Position numbers and translations under genes: made by a program. The notes under the pieces are model-generated. The model searched no databases. It was not told where the DNA came from and saw only the letters and a list, made by a program, of their open reading frames with translations. Source: Selaginella moellendorffii (taxonomy: Eukaryota > Plantae > Lycopodiophyta). From it: a DNA stretch of 64,000 nt. This document shows, in pieces, positions 40,701 through 50,083 of this stretch; the stretch's first letter is position 1; each line of letters begins with the position of its first letter. Location of the stretch: the NCBI RefSeq assembly GCF_000143415.4, contig NW_003314288.1, positions 596,939 to 660,938 of the forward strand, read 5' to 3'.

Positions 40701-41036
40701 AGCGACGAGATTGCGGCCAAGCTCAAGCAATTGTTGCTTAAAATGAAAGAGGAGGGGTATGCGAGCGATGTGATCAACGTTCTAAAAGACATACCCGAGG
40801 AAGAGAAAGAGGATCACCTGTGCGGCCACAGTGAGAAGCTTGCGCTGGGGTGTGCTCTGGTGAACTCGCACCAGAAGGAGACCATCAGAATTGTGAAAAA
40901 TCTCCGAGTTTGTGACGATTGCCATGCGGCCACTGCTCTCATCTCTAAGCTGGAAAAAAGGCTAATCATCTGCAAAGATGCCAGTCGGGTTCATGTGTTC
41001 CAGGATGGCAGATGTTCCTGTGACAACTACTTTTGA
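37647..41036 (+). CDS. PLS-class PPR protein with E1-E2-DYW deaminase domain and N-terminal OSB-type PDF motif (first in-frame ATG at 37677)
   Basis: 1129-aa uninterrupted ORF with S-P-L triplets, P2-L2-S2, E1/E2, PG box PGRSWWTD, HSEKLA...CDDCH zinc motif and C-terminus CSCDNYF. Confidence 0.96.
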   Translation: MVCVSFLNNLMEFRDPTFWWDNRFKKKNKFFSESYPDFKHVSTGESLWIANRKTPTWVSAKLESLADPAVGKATTARYKSPHTPPVAGDEPVSLGRLIHRVRDSAESRSLSLGKQAHEAVLKSDEHKSNIYLLTGLIDMYCKCGELEEARKIFDSMGTRSVVSYNAIIHGCGSNGQAEVALEYYSALRACTTIQPNDRTHVAVISACSRLATESSEKRERALRIGMEIHSMLSKEKKQLDLFVATCLVDMYCKCGELEEARKIFHSMGTRSVVSYNAIIQGCGSNGQAELALEYYSALRADNTIQPDDRTHVAVISACSTLATESSEKRERALRIGMEVHSVLSKEKKHLGLYMATCLVDMYCKCGELEEARKIFHSMGTRSVVSYTAIIQGCNTNGQAELALEYYSALRVDNTIQPDDRTHVAVISACSTLATESSEKRERALRIGMEVHSVLSKEKKHLGLYMATCLVDMYCKCGELEEACKIFHSMGTRSVVSYTAIIQGCNTNGRAELALEYYSALRADNTIQPDDWTHVVVISACSTLATESSEKRERALCIGMEIHSMLSKEKKQLDLFVANCLVDMYCKCGELEEARKIFHSMGTRTVVSYTAIIQGCNTNGRPELALEYYSALRADNTIQPDDQTYVVVISACSTLATESSEKRERALRIGMEIHSMLSKEKKQLDLFVANCLVDMYCKCGELEEARKIFHSMGTRSVVSYTAIIQGCNTNGQAELALEYYSALRADNTIQANACTYTCVLVACGSVMAIKLGREIHQLAKHEGLLKNNPVLGSSLVSFYGKCGDVDSAQEAFDECRARDNTGLWNSLIQAYTLQGRSIEALERFYSMIQEEGCKADNVSFVSVLNACSHGGLVGKGRQLLDEMPKQYGVKPRLEHYVCLIDMLGRANLLDEAVRVLRAMPFEPDAVVWTSLLGACRKWKNYTIGKLAFERLVEMDPKSGTPYALMANIFGNLGMLSERAAVVERMRGEGGFREPGRSWWTDVSSGKVHSFSVGDRSHSQSDEIAAKLKQLLLKMKEEGYASDVINVLKDIPEEEKEDHLCGHSEKLALGCALVNSHQKETIRIVKNLRVCDDCHAATALISKLEKRLIICKDASRVHVFQDGRCSCDNYF
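38034..39898 (+). repeat. Tandem 333-bp coding repeat (~5.6 units) encoding PPR S-P-L triplets
   Basis: tgtactgcaagtgtggcgagcttgagg recurs at ~38062, 38395, 38728, 39061, 39394 and 39727. Confidence 0.97.
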
Positions 41037-42367
41037 AAACATGTCATTGCTCTTTCTTGCAGTTATCCCTGGTTTTAAACCCTCTGTGAGTCAAGCAGAA
41101 ACATGGGCCGCTGAGTGATCATACCGCCGTCAGCCTGAACTTCACGGAGAAAAAATTAACATTTAAAAGTTAAAACTATGCAAAAGGAGGATGACACGTT
41201 GTCTTAAATTTAAATTTCTTTTTGGTAGCAGAATCGTGACTAAACCTGCCAACAGGTGCCCCAAAACGGAGCGCCCAGATTCAGATAATAAGCCTTAGTA
41301 TGAAGACTTGCCGGTACCCAAACTCTTTGCTGATAGCAAGTACCGCCTCATGTTCCGGGAGCAAGGTGATGGTGGCTTGCGGCATGACCAACTTTGGGTT
41401 TGTGCTCCTAGAGCACGTTGAAGACGTGTGGAAGCTGGTGACGATGGCATTTGTTTCTTGCGACATACTCACCAGTTCCTCGGCGACATCTTCCTTCCAG
41501 ATTTTTTGAGCTTGTCGTGAGTGGTGACTTGCTTGCTCTCCCCTGTGACGACTTCTTCCAGCCTCTGGTGCCCAACCTCAAGGCTCTCTTGTGGATGGAG
41601 CTAGCCCTACACAGTGTGTGTGTGTGTATCAACCAGCAGATGCACAAATCGTTGAGAATTAGCTAGGCTTAGTACGTAGTGTACTAGTGTATATGTAAAT
41701 GTGTTTCAGCTAAATATAATGGGCCAAATACACCGAAGAAAGAAGAGTAGAAACAAATTAAGAAATGTAAATTAAGAAGTGCAAAAGAAATGAAAATAAA
41801 AATTGTCCATCCTCATCAGTTTGCTGAAATTAAGTTGGGTTCAATTCTCTCCAAATATTGTGTGATTGAGTTGTAAGTTAATTAATAGTAGAAAATAAGA
41901 AAAAAAAACAAAAATTGAAAAAATAGTGTTTGATAATATCTTCTTTTTTATTTTCGAGAGAAAATTAGTGGGGGAGTGTATATCTTTGCTGTTTATTGGT
42001 GGTTAATTAAATGAGCATGTTTAGAGATGTTTATAAGAGTTTAGCTCTAGAGTTACCCGAAAATTAAAGTTCAAAATTTACGTTTTCCCTATTTGCACAA
42101 TAACTTAAGCTAAAGTAATGTCCTTACCCGTATTTTTTATGGGAAAATTATTATTCGCATTGTGAGTGCTTGGAATATGGAAAGGGAATACAGAAATGTG
42201 CATATTAATTAGCCCAAAAACCCTAGTTTATATACAGGAGCGAGTGGTCCAGATTAAAACCAATCCGACGGCTACCAAAATCTTACTACGCTAATATTAG
42301 TATACGGCATCGTAACCGTACACTTGGCCCTGACATCATCCCCTCCTCTCGGGATAATGGAAGACCA

Positions 42368-43857
42368 TCAGGGTTCTCTTAAAGATGGGTTGGGATCCGG
42401 AGGAATGTCAGGAGGAGGCATCGGTGGATCTATAGGTGGTATTAACTCCTCTTGATCCCTTTGTATGAAGCGTTTTAGCTGCTGCACATGCACAATCTCT
42501 GGAGGATTGGCCTGCTGAACGTCATGCCGAACCTCATAAACTTGTGGTCCAATTTGTCGCAACACTCGATACGGTCCTTTCCATTGTGCAAGAAGCCCCT
42601 TAGATAAACCACGTATCGTAAGATGGGGAAAACAGACTAACACCAAATCATCCACTTTGTACTCCACAGGTAGACGATGATGGGAGTTGTAGTGCCGTTG
42701 TTGTCCCACTTGTACGCGGCCTAAGTGTTCGGCAAACTCTGCTCGGAAAAGTGGAAGAATGCTCGTCAAATACTGATCCCATGATCTAGCATCGGCAGCA
42801 CGTGGCAATCGCGAAGGTAAACCCAGTTCCGTTGGTAATATTGGATCATGACCATATAAGAGTTTATATGGTGAAGCACCAACAGAACTCTGCACCCCTG
42901 TAACATATGCATACCGAAGAGACGGCAAATAACCATCCCAATCCAAATGCTGAAAGTTCACATACTTCGCAATCATCCCTTTGAATGTCCGAACAAGCCG
43001 TTCCACCAGATCGTCTGATTGTGGATGATAAGCACTCGTGAAAGTGTGGCATATCCCCAACCGAGATGTCAAAACATGAAATGCCTCAGCCATAAATGCG
43101 GGACCATTATCCGAAAGAATCTGCTCTGGACAAGAATGCTGGAACACCACTTGATTGAGGAGGAAGTATCCAACAGCAGTTGCAGAGGCGCTAGCAAGAG
43201 CACGAACTTCCACCCAACAAGTCAAGTAGTCAGAAGCAATAATAACATACTCATTGCCAGCAGTCGATCGTGGAAAAAGTCCCATAAGATCAAATGCCAC
43301 TAACTCAAACGGATGGGAAACCGCATTTAACTCCAACCGTCCTTCCGCAGCACGAGGGGGAGTATTACGAGCTTGGCACCAAACGCAGCTACGCACATAC
43401 CGGATAATATCACGTCGCATCTCTGGCCAATAGAAAGACCTGTGCAGCTTCTCGATGACACGACGGTGTCCCATATGCCCACCTAGAACAGGAGAATCAT
43501 GGTAGGCATGGAGAAACCGTGGAATAAACACCGAAGGCACCACTAGCCATAAATGATCATCAGGATCTGTCCCCACAAAATAAAGAAGGCCATCGTCAAG
43601 GCGATATTGAGAATGTAAATGCCGGAAAGGCAAGTCATCAGCAAGTGATGCAGGATTCTCAAACCCATCTCGAAGCCTCCGAATCCACAGCTCAATCTTT
43701 TGAGCCTTGCAGACCTCATCAAGAGAAGGTAGATCTTGCTCTGCACCTTGTGGACACTGAACGTCAAGGATAGCAACCGCCGACAGCATAGAATCCTCAT
43801 CTAGAAAATCCACAGATGCTGGAACAACAGGTTTGTCAGAAACATGAGAAGTGAGTG
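42368..43857 (-). pseudogene. Gypsy integrase (H2C2, rve core, GPY/F)
   Basis: HDSPVLGGHMG...CVWC, LSDNGPAF, YHPQSDDLVER, WKGPY. In frame with the RNaseH ending at 56139 once the insertion is removed. Confidence 0.92.
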
Positions 43858-44546
43858 AAGCTCTATTTCGTTAAAGTGGGATTTATTCAGTAAAATGGGA
43901 CTAGGTACAAATTTTCAAGTATTTGAAAATGACGTGAAATTATATGTTTTTTGTCTAGGGGCTAGACATATCTGGGGCATGGTGACTAGCGCGGTGACTT
44001 TGTGTCCAGACTGAGTCCATCTGGTTGTATAATAAATCTCATTGTCAAGGTGAACAAGCCGAATCTGAAGCTAAAGAAGAGCGATGGCATGCGCGCATAC
44101 ACTATTTGTTTGTTCATTGAGCGTGTGGTGAGCTTTCTAAGATGAACGTCATTCCTATTAGCTAGACATATAACTTAATGGTGAGAACATTTAGATATTA
44201 TTCAATGTTATCTTTTTCTAACGAATCTAATTGTGAAGGTGTAGCAAGAGGCATTGCTAGTCTGGAGAAGTCATTTAACTCATTTGACCCTTAGTGTATT
44301 TTCATGAAACTAAATAACATTCATATTATTAAGGAATTTCTCTAGTACCTTTTTTTTACCACATAGAGGCTTGCATTTCTTTCAAAGGTGATTTAGTAAA
44401 AGGCCTGAGGGCACATGCCATTCTATTTCTCAGACCGGTATTAAGATATACTAGTGCAAAGGGCCACATGCCATCACGCCTCCTCTGATTCAGATTCGGA
44501 TTGTTCACCTTGAAATAAAATACATTAGAAACTTAGTAAAGGAATA

Positions 44547-47500
44547 TTAATGAATCTCACCTTGAACCCGGGTTATGAATGCTCTTGCTGCATCTCTTGC
44601 ATGGTCTGGCAAGGTGATGGTGGCACTCTGCTTCCGCATCCAACCATGCACAACATTATCCACCGATATGCTCATGCTGGGATCCCTTGGATTCAGCACC
44701 CATCTCTTTTCTAGGCAATCCTTCGTATATCCGGAACTTGGCTTGAACCACTCCACAGTTACATTGAAGGAGTTAGTTTCCGCGTCCTCCTCTGCATCAA
44801 TGATGCAGTGCCCCACCCATATCATTTGTTTTTTATTACTGGGCCTGACAAGCACCACCATTCCTTTGCAGACCTGTACTGAATTGAATGCTGAATCTGG
44901 CTTCTTGTTCCTCGGCCCACAATAGTGATCCTCAACATCGTTATCTGTCACTGCATTTCCAGAGGACATTGTTCCGCTACTATCTGGTGCTCTGGGTTCT
45001 GGCCAAAAGGACTCTTCCAATTCTTCATATACAACCGGCCCATTTTGGATAGCAGATATAATCTTCTCCCAGTATTCGAGCAAAGGCTTGCACCTCTTAA
45101 AATAGGATTCTCCACCAAACACCAACCCCCTCTTCCAGAAGGCAATATGCTGTCTAATCCCGGCCACTATACTTTCCTGGTCTTTGAGTCCATCCGGGTG
45201 CATCGGCCGTGGGGAACCCTGAGGAATCATAGGTTCCCCAGTTATGGGATCTCTCTTGAAGAGTTCAATGCCATCCACTGGCAGCCACACTGTGTCCCAT
45301 TCTCTCATCTTGTACCTCATCACTGGAGCACCGTCACGCATGCTGAAATGAAACTGAAGAGGCTTGGAGTGGCCAATCAGCGTTTCGGATCCGTCCCTAA
45401 TGTAGCCTCTTACAAACCCCTTAAAGTCTGGAACCTCTGTCACAAGTGCAGCTTCAACAGTGCCTTTGATGCAATTTTGGAATTCATCGTAGAGTTGTGG
45501 GAGGGTGAGGACATTGGATCGCCGGAGGGACTCTGCCAGGTGACTGAACATGGCATCGACGTCTTCATGAGTGTGCCCAACCATGAGAAAGCCAAGTGTA
45601 ACCATTTCAAATATGCCTTTGGCAACAAGCATCACCAAGTACGCGAAGACGTACATGTTTTTGTTCTCACTGCCAGCATTGTTTGTTTGGAGCAGAAGAT
45701 GGGGTGGAAGGCCACATCGGCCGCAAGAACTTCCTTGAGATTCTGCTTCATTTGGATGAGGCTGTGCATTCACCGGGTGACCAGCCTCGTCGGAATGGCA
45801 TGAGGCCTCACATGATAACCCTACAATCTAACGGCCAACATATTCACTGGGATGGCATGGGGCCCCACGCGATACTGCAAGCCTTTGCTCCTCCTCCAGC
45901 TGAACCCTGTATGGGGTTCGATCGACAAGGGCCTTATGCAAGGGTTGGCCGTTCAGCTCAGTCTGCGCACTTTGCAGAGACCTTAAGTGTTTTGCTAGGG
46001 ACGCAATCATCATGTTTGCACCCCCGCCACCCCATAGAGGTACAAAGAAGTTCCCATAGTTCTGGGCACCATGCCCATGAGCGATTATGCCAAACAAAGA
46101 CACAGGCAGCTGCATGGATGAAGAGATTGCCTTGGGGGCAGGATTGAGTCGAGGTAAGCACGTCTTTTTCTGGTCCATTTTGTCATGGATGATGTAGAGG
46201 TAAGAGTCAGGTCTCTCCATGGAGAGAATCCTGTTATGATAATATGCAGTCCTGCAGCTTCTCTGCTCGATGTTGTGGTCGAGCCGCCTTCTAACCAACG
46301 TCTCTCGCTCTTGAGCGCTGCAAGAATTCTTCGACAAAGCCATTTTGATAGCAGTGCACTCGTCACACTTTGAAAAGCTGGAGTACTTTCCTATACTCAC
46401 ATCCCTGAACCTGTTGCTCCACAATCTACTAAATCTAGATTGGCTCAGCTTCCTGTAGCCATTACTCTAGAGTTCCCGATTCACATCTTCCAATATGGCC
46501 CCCTTGGTATACATGGAAGGGAGAACTCGTTGGGTGTCTCGTGTTCCATCTTCCAAGAGGCGGGTTTTATGTGGTTGCTGCTCGCTACATGTCTCGACAA
46601 ACTTCTTGAAGATTGCCTCTCCATATACAACATGACCCCTGGTTTTGTGCGTACCGTCGTTCCCATGGACTGCCTGTTGAACCCTTTGTTCCTCGAACTC
46701 AGTTTTGATTCTGTAGAATGTGCTTCGAGGGACTCCATAAATGATTCTCCATGCCTTCATGTAGACCAAACCCCTCTGGAAGACCATGCCCCCCACCTGA
46801 TGTTCTGAAGCATCAACAGATGACCATAATGCCTCATACACAAAATTGCGAGCTGCCTTCCAGGACAATGTCTTGTATCTTGCTCTCTCCTCTTCAATAG
46901 CATCCCAATCAGCATGTTGACAGCACCTCCTCTTGCAACAAGCAACTGTCGAGACCATTCGAACCTCCATCGCCATTTTCTGCCTTTTCGGTTCGTTGCT
47001 CAGATCCCTTTGGCTGCGCTATAGGAAGGTGTACTTTCTTTTCCCATAAAGAGATTTTCTGTCATCAGTTGTAGTGGTGTTTGATTGTGAATCCTTCACA
47101 TTCTCAAACACTAAGTGCCTCAATTTCCACCGCACAATGCTTCCAATAGTCAGACTGTTTTCTTCTGTGTCAACAACCTCTAAAATCGCAACTCCAATAT
47201 CATCCCAGCCCAATTCTTGATTAGCAACTGCATCTCTTGGATCGACAACTGTGGCTAAGCCCTCAGCTACCACCTCCCCCTCGGGGTTGTTTAGAAACAC
47301 CTTTGCCTGAATCCATGTAGCACGGTTTTTAAGATCCACAGAGGGAACATGCGTCGCACTTGCGCTGTCCCCAACATCTGCTTTCTTCTGCAAATTTTTC
47401 AAGGCAACAACAACATTTACCCCGACGACCATCTCTCCTTGTTCAATAGCGACCACATTCCCATCGAAGACAGTCTCTACTGATACAGCAGCATTGCCTT

Positions 47501-47615
47501 CCCCAAGCCTTTGACAGTGTATAACAAAGTTCCGATCCATAGATACAAGGGTCCCTTTTGCAACTCTCTTCCCACCATTCAAAATGTAAACCTTTTCCCC
47601 AACCCTGAAGGCCAT
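44547..47615 (-). pseudogene. Sola-type DDD transposase with two N-terminal Tnp1/En-Spm-like domains
   Basis: FSKCDEC, IIHDKMDQKKT, LLQTNNAGSENKN (DN to NN), FLMVGHTHEDVDAMFS. ORFs 47615, 46976 and 46424 are in one frame separated by TAG stops; probable intron(s) at ~45765-45875. Confidence 0.8.
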
Positions 47616-47819
47616 TCTGAAAGTGCAGAAAAGAAGTTAAGACCATACAAAAAATGATTGGAGAATGGCCTAAATCATAACATACCAAATAGCATGAGGC
47701 CACATGCCATTATTCAAACATGCTATTGACACCCACGTGAAATTTCGCATTCACAAAATTGGCATGAGCCCTCATGCCATTAGTGGTACCACTAATGGCA
47801 TGAGGCCTCATGCCATCTT

Positions 47820-48089
47820 NNNNNNNNNNNNNNNNNNNNNNNNNNNNNNNNNNNNNNNNNNNNNNNNNNNNNNNNNNNNNNNNNNNNNNNNNNNNNNNNN
47901 NNNNNNNNNNNNNNNNNNNNNNNNNNNNNNNNNNNNNNNNNNNNNNNNNNNNNNNNNNNNNNNNNNNNNNNNNNNNNNNNNNNNNNNNNNNNNNNNNNNN
48001 NNNNNNNNNNNNNNNNNNNNNNNNNNNNNNNNNNNNNNNNNNNNNNNNNNNNNNNNNNNNNNNNNNNNNNNNNNNNNNNNNNNNNNNNN
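47820..48089. other. Assembly gap (270 N)
   Basis: Run of N. Confidence 1.
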
Positions 48090-48806
48090 AAAAATGATAG
48101 ACCTAGGAATGAGTTCGAGAATTCAAAAATAACACACGCTTGAACGTCACATCAAATCCTCTGACAAACCAGATCTTATGATTCCTCTGACAAATTTCAA
48201 ACTGAGTAGCTTCTAGACTTTGCTGTCGGAGGTTGAACTTTGTCACATCATGTCCTTGCCTCGATCCAGCTGTGCCATGTCAGTGATTCGAACTTTGCCA
48301 TGCCGTGTCAGCGATCCGCGCCAAGATTATTCGCCGTGTAAAGGAATAATTATGCTGTGTGTGTACGTCCATTTATGGCAATATAAGGCCACACGCCATT
48401 CAAAGAATAATGCTAGTCGAGCATTTTTTGGTGCATTTTTGGGTTCAAAATTGCATGAGCCTACATGCTATAAAGTTTACTTGTACCAAAAATAGAAACA
48501 GCTTTATTTACTTGGGAATTTAAGTGGTTGAGGCATTTTTAAACTTACAAACACATGCCTTACTTACATTCCTTTGGTTGCTTAAAATTCAAAAATATAT
48601 AAACATTTCTTTTTGCATTTTCAATGTTTTCAATTATGGTTTTTGATTTTCGCAGGACCAGCCTAGTAATCTATTTGCATCCTGTCATGTTTATAGCTAG
48701 CTTTCGTTTGTCCCCTTCGCTAGCCTGAGATACATCTGCTCGGCATCTGCCTCTTACAGCATTTGCCCAGAAAGGGCATCTTTCTTCACGCAGCATTTGC
48801 CACATG

Positions 48807-48839
48807 TTTAGGGTTTAGGGTTTAGGGTTTAGGGTTTAG
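48807..48839 (+). repeat. Interstitial plant telomeric repeat (TTTAGGG)x4 plus partial unit
   Basis: tttagggtttagggtttagggtttagggtttag. Confidence 0.95.
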
Positions 48840-49559
48840 CAATTCAGTAGCTTGATAAACATGCAAATACAGAACTTAATGCAAAATCCTTTGATATGTC
48901 ACAATGCCCCTAGGACCATAAACACATTTCAATAGAGAGGGTCCTTTCATTTCATAACTCCTTACGTAGATCTTGGTGAAACCAGAGTTAATGAAGTTGG
49001 TTTCTTGTGATCCCGCATCTGATTGTGATGTCCCTTTGCAGTGTCGATGGAAAGGTCAATGCACACCAAACTGTAGAATCTTGGAGCAAAATAACGGTCG
49101 GATCTATGGCAAATGCCCTTGAAACATTGTAAGGCTCGTGTGGTCTCATGTGGTGTCCGATCGAGATGCTTCTTTGCAGGGTCATCAAGAAGGACATTGT
49201 ATACCATTCTTTAAAATCTAGTTGCAATCTAACGGTTGGATCTCCAGGAAACTCAAAACAATCTCACGCATGTCAGAATATTCTAGGAATATACTCCTAT
49301 GTGCTCCTGAAAATGGCATGCGGCCCCACGCCATTCAAGAGATAACGCCAGATGACACCGAGCATTTTTTGGTGCATTTTTTGGGATCAAAATTGCATGA
49401 GCCCACACGCTTGAACGTCACATCAAATCCTCTGACAATTTATTTAGCTGAACATCTGGCATTTTTGGAAATACAAGATGCTTTGGAATATCCAATCATG
49501 CATGGTATAAATATAGCGAGGGTATTAAATGATATCCCAATCATGATCTTTCTTTTGGA

Positions 49560-49900
49560 TTTCGCGTGCATGCAGTCCGAGGAATGATGACGTTGCGGAT
49601 TTCTCTTGGATTTCACGCATGCGCGCGGCGATCCAGAAATTAATGGTGGCGCCCAAGTCCGAGGAATGATGACGTGGCGGGATTACCAACCGTCGTGACA
49701 TTTCGCGCGTGTGAGGTTAGGTTTTGCATTTTGCTTCGTACTCGCGCTCGCACACTTGCGCTCGCATCGCACTCCCACTCGCGCTCCCACTTCTCTACAG
49801 GTTTCTCATGTGCATCGGCATCCACTCGCGCTTGCATCACACTCGCGCTCGCATCACGCTTGCATCGCGCTCGTGTGCATCAGCGTCCACTTCAAGACAC
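49560..49900 (+). promoter_or_regulatory. CpG-rich putative promoter / 5' region of the cargo gene
   Basis: Dense CGCG and ctcgcgctcgca repeats just upstream of the first intron-like segment (50087-50140). Confidence 0.35.
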
Positions 49901-50083
49901 ACCCAGTTTGTAACTTCGCCGCCAACTCCGCCGCCCACTCCACGCAGCCCACTTGGCGTCCCGAGAGATTTCAGCGCCGCTCTCCAACTGTAAGTGGCAG
50001 AGTAGCCTTGCTGCTACGATCCGCTGCACACACAGTGCACATTCGCTAGCGAGTCCGGTTGTCACGCCTCCATTCGGCTTCAA

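Noticed and set aside
41300-41666. Two short overlapping ORFs downstream of the PPR gene
   Set aside because: Possibly a frameshifted gene fragment, but I cannot recognise any family.
44925-45803. 292-aa plus-strand ORF, and similar antisense ORFs over the PPR, gag, pol and cargo genes
   Set aside because: Shadow frames of genuine opposite-strand coding sequence with no motifs.
47704-48132. ORFs spanning 47704-48132
   Set aside because: Artefacts of the N gap.
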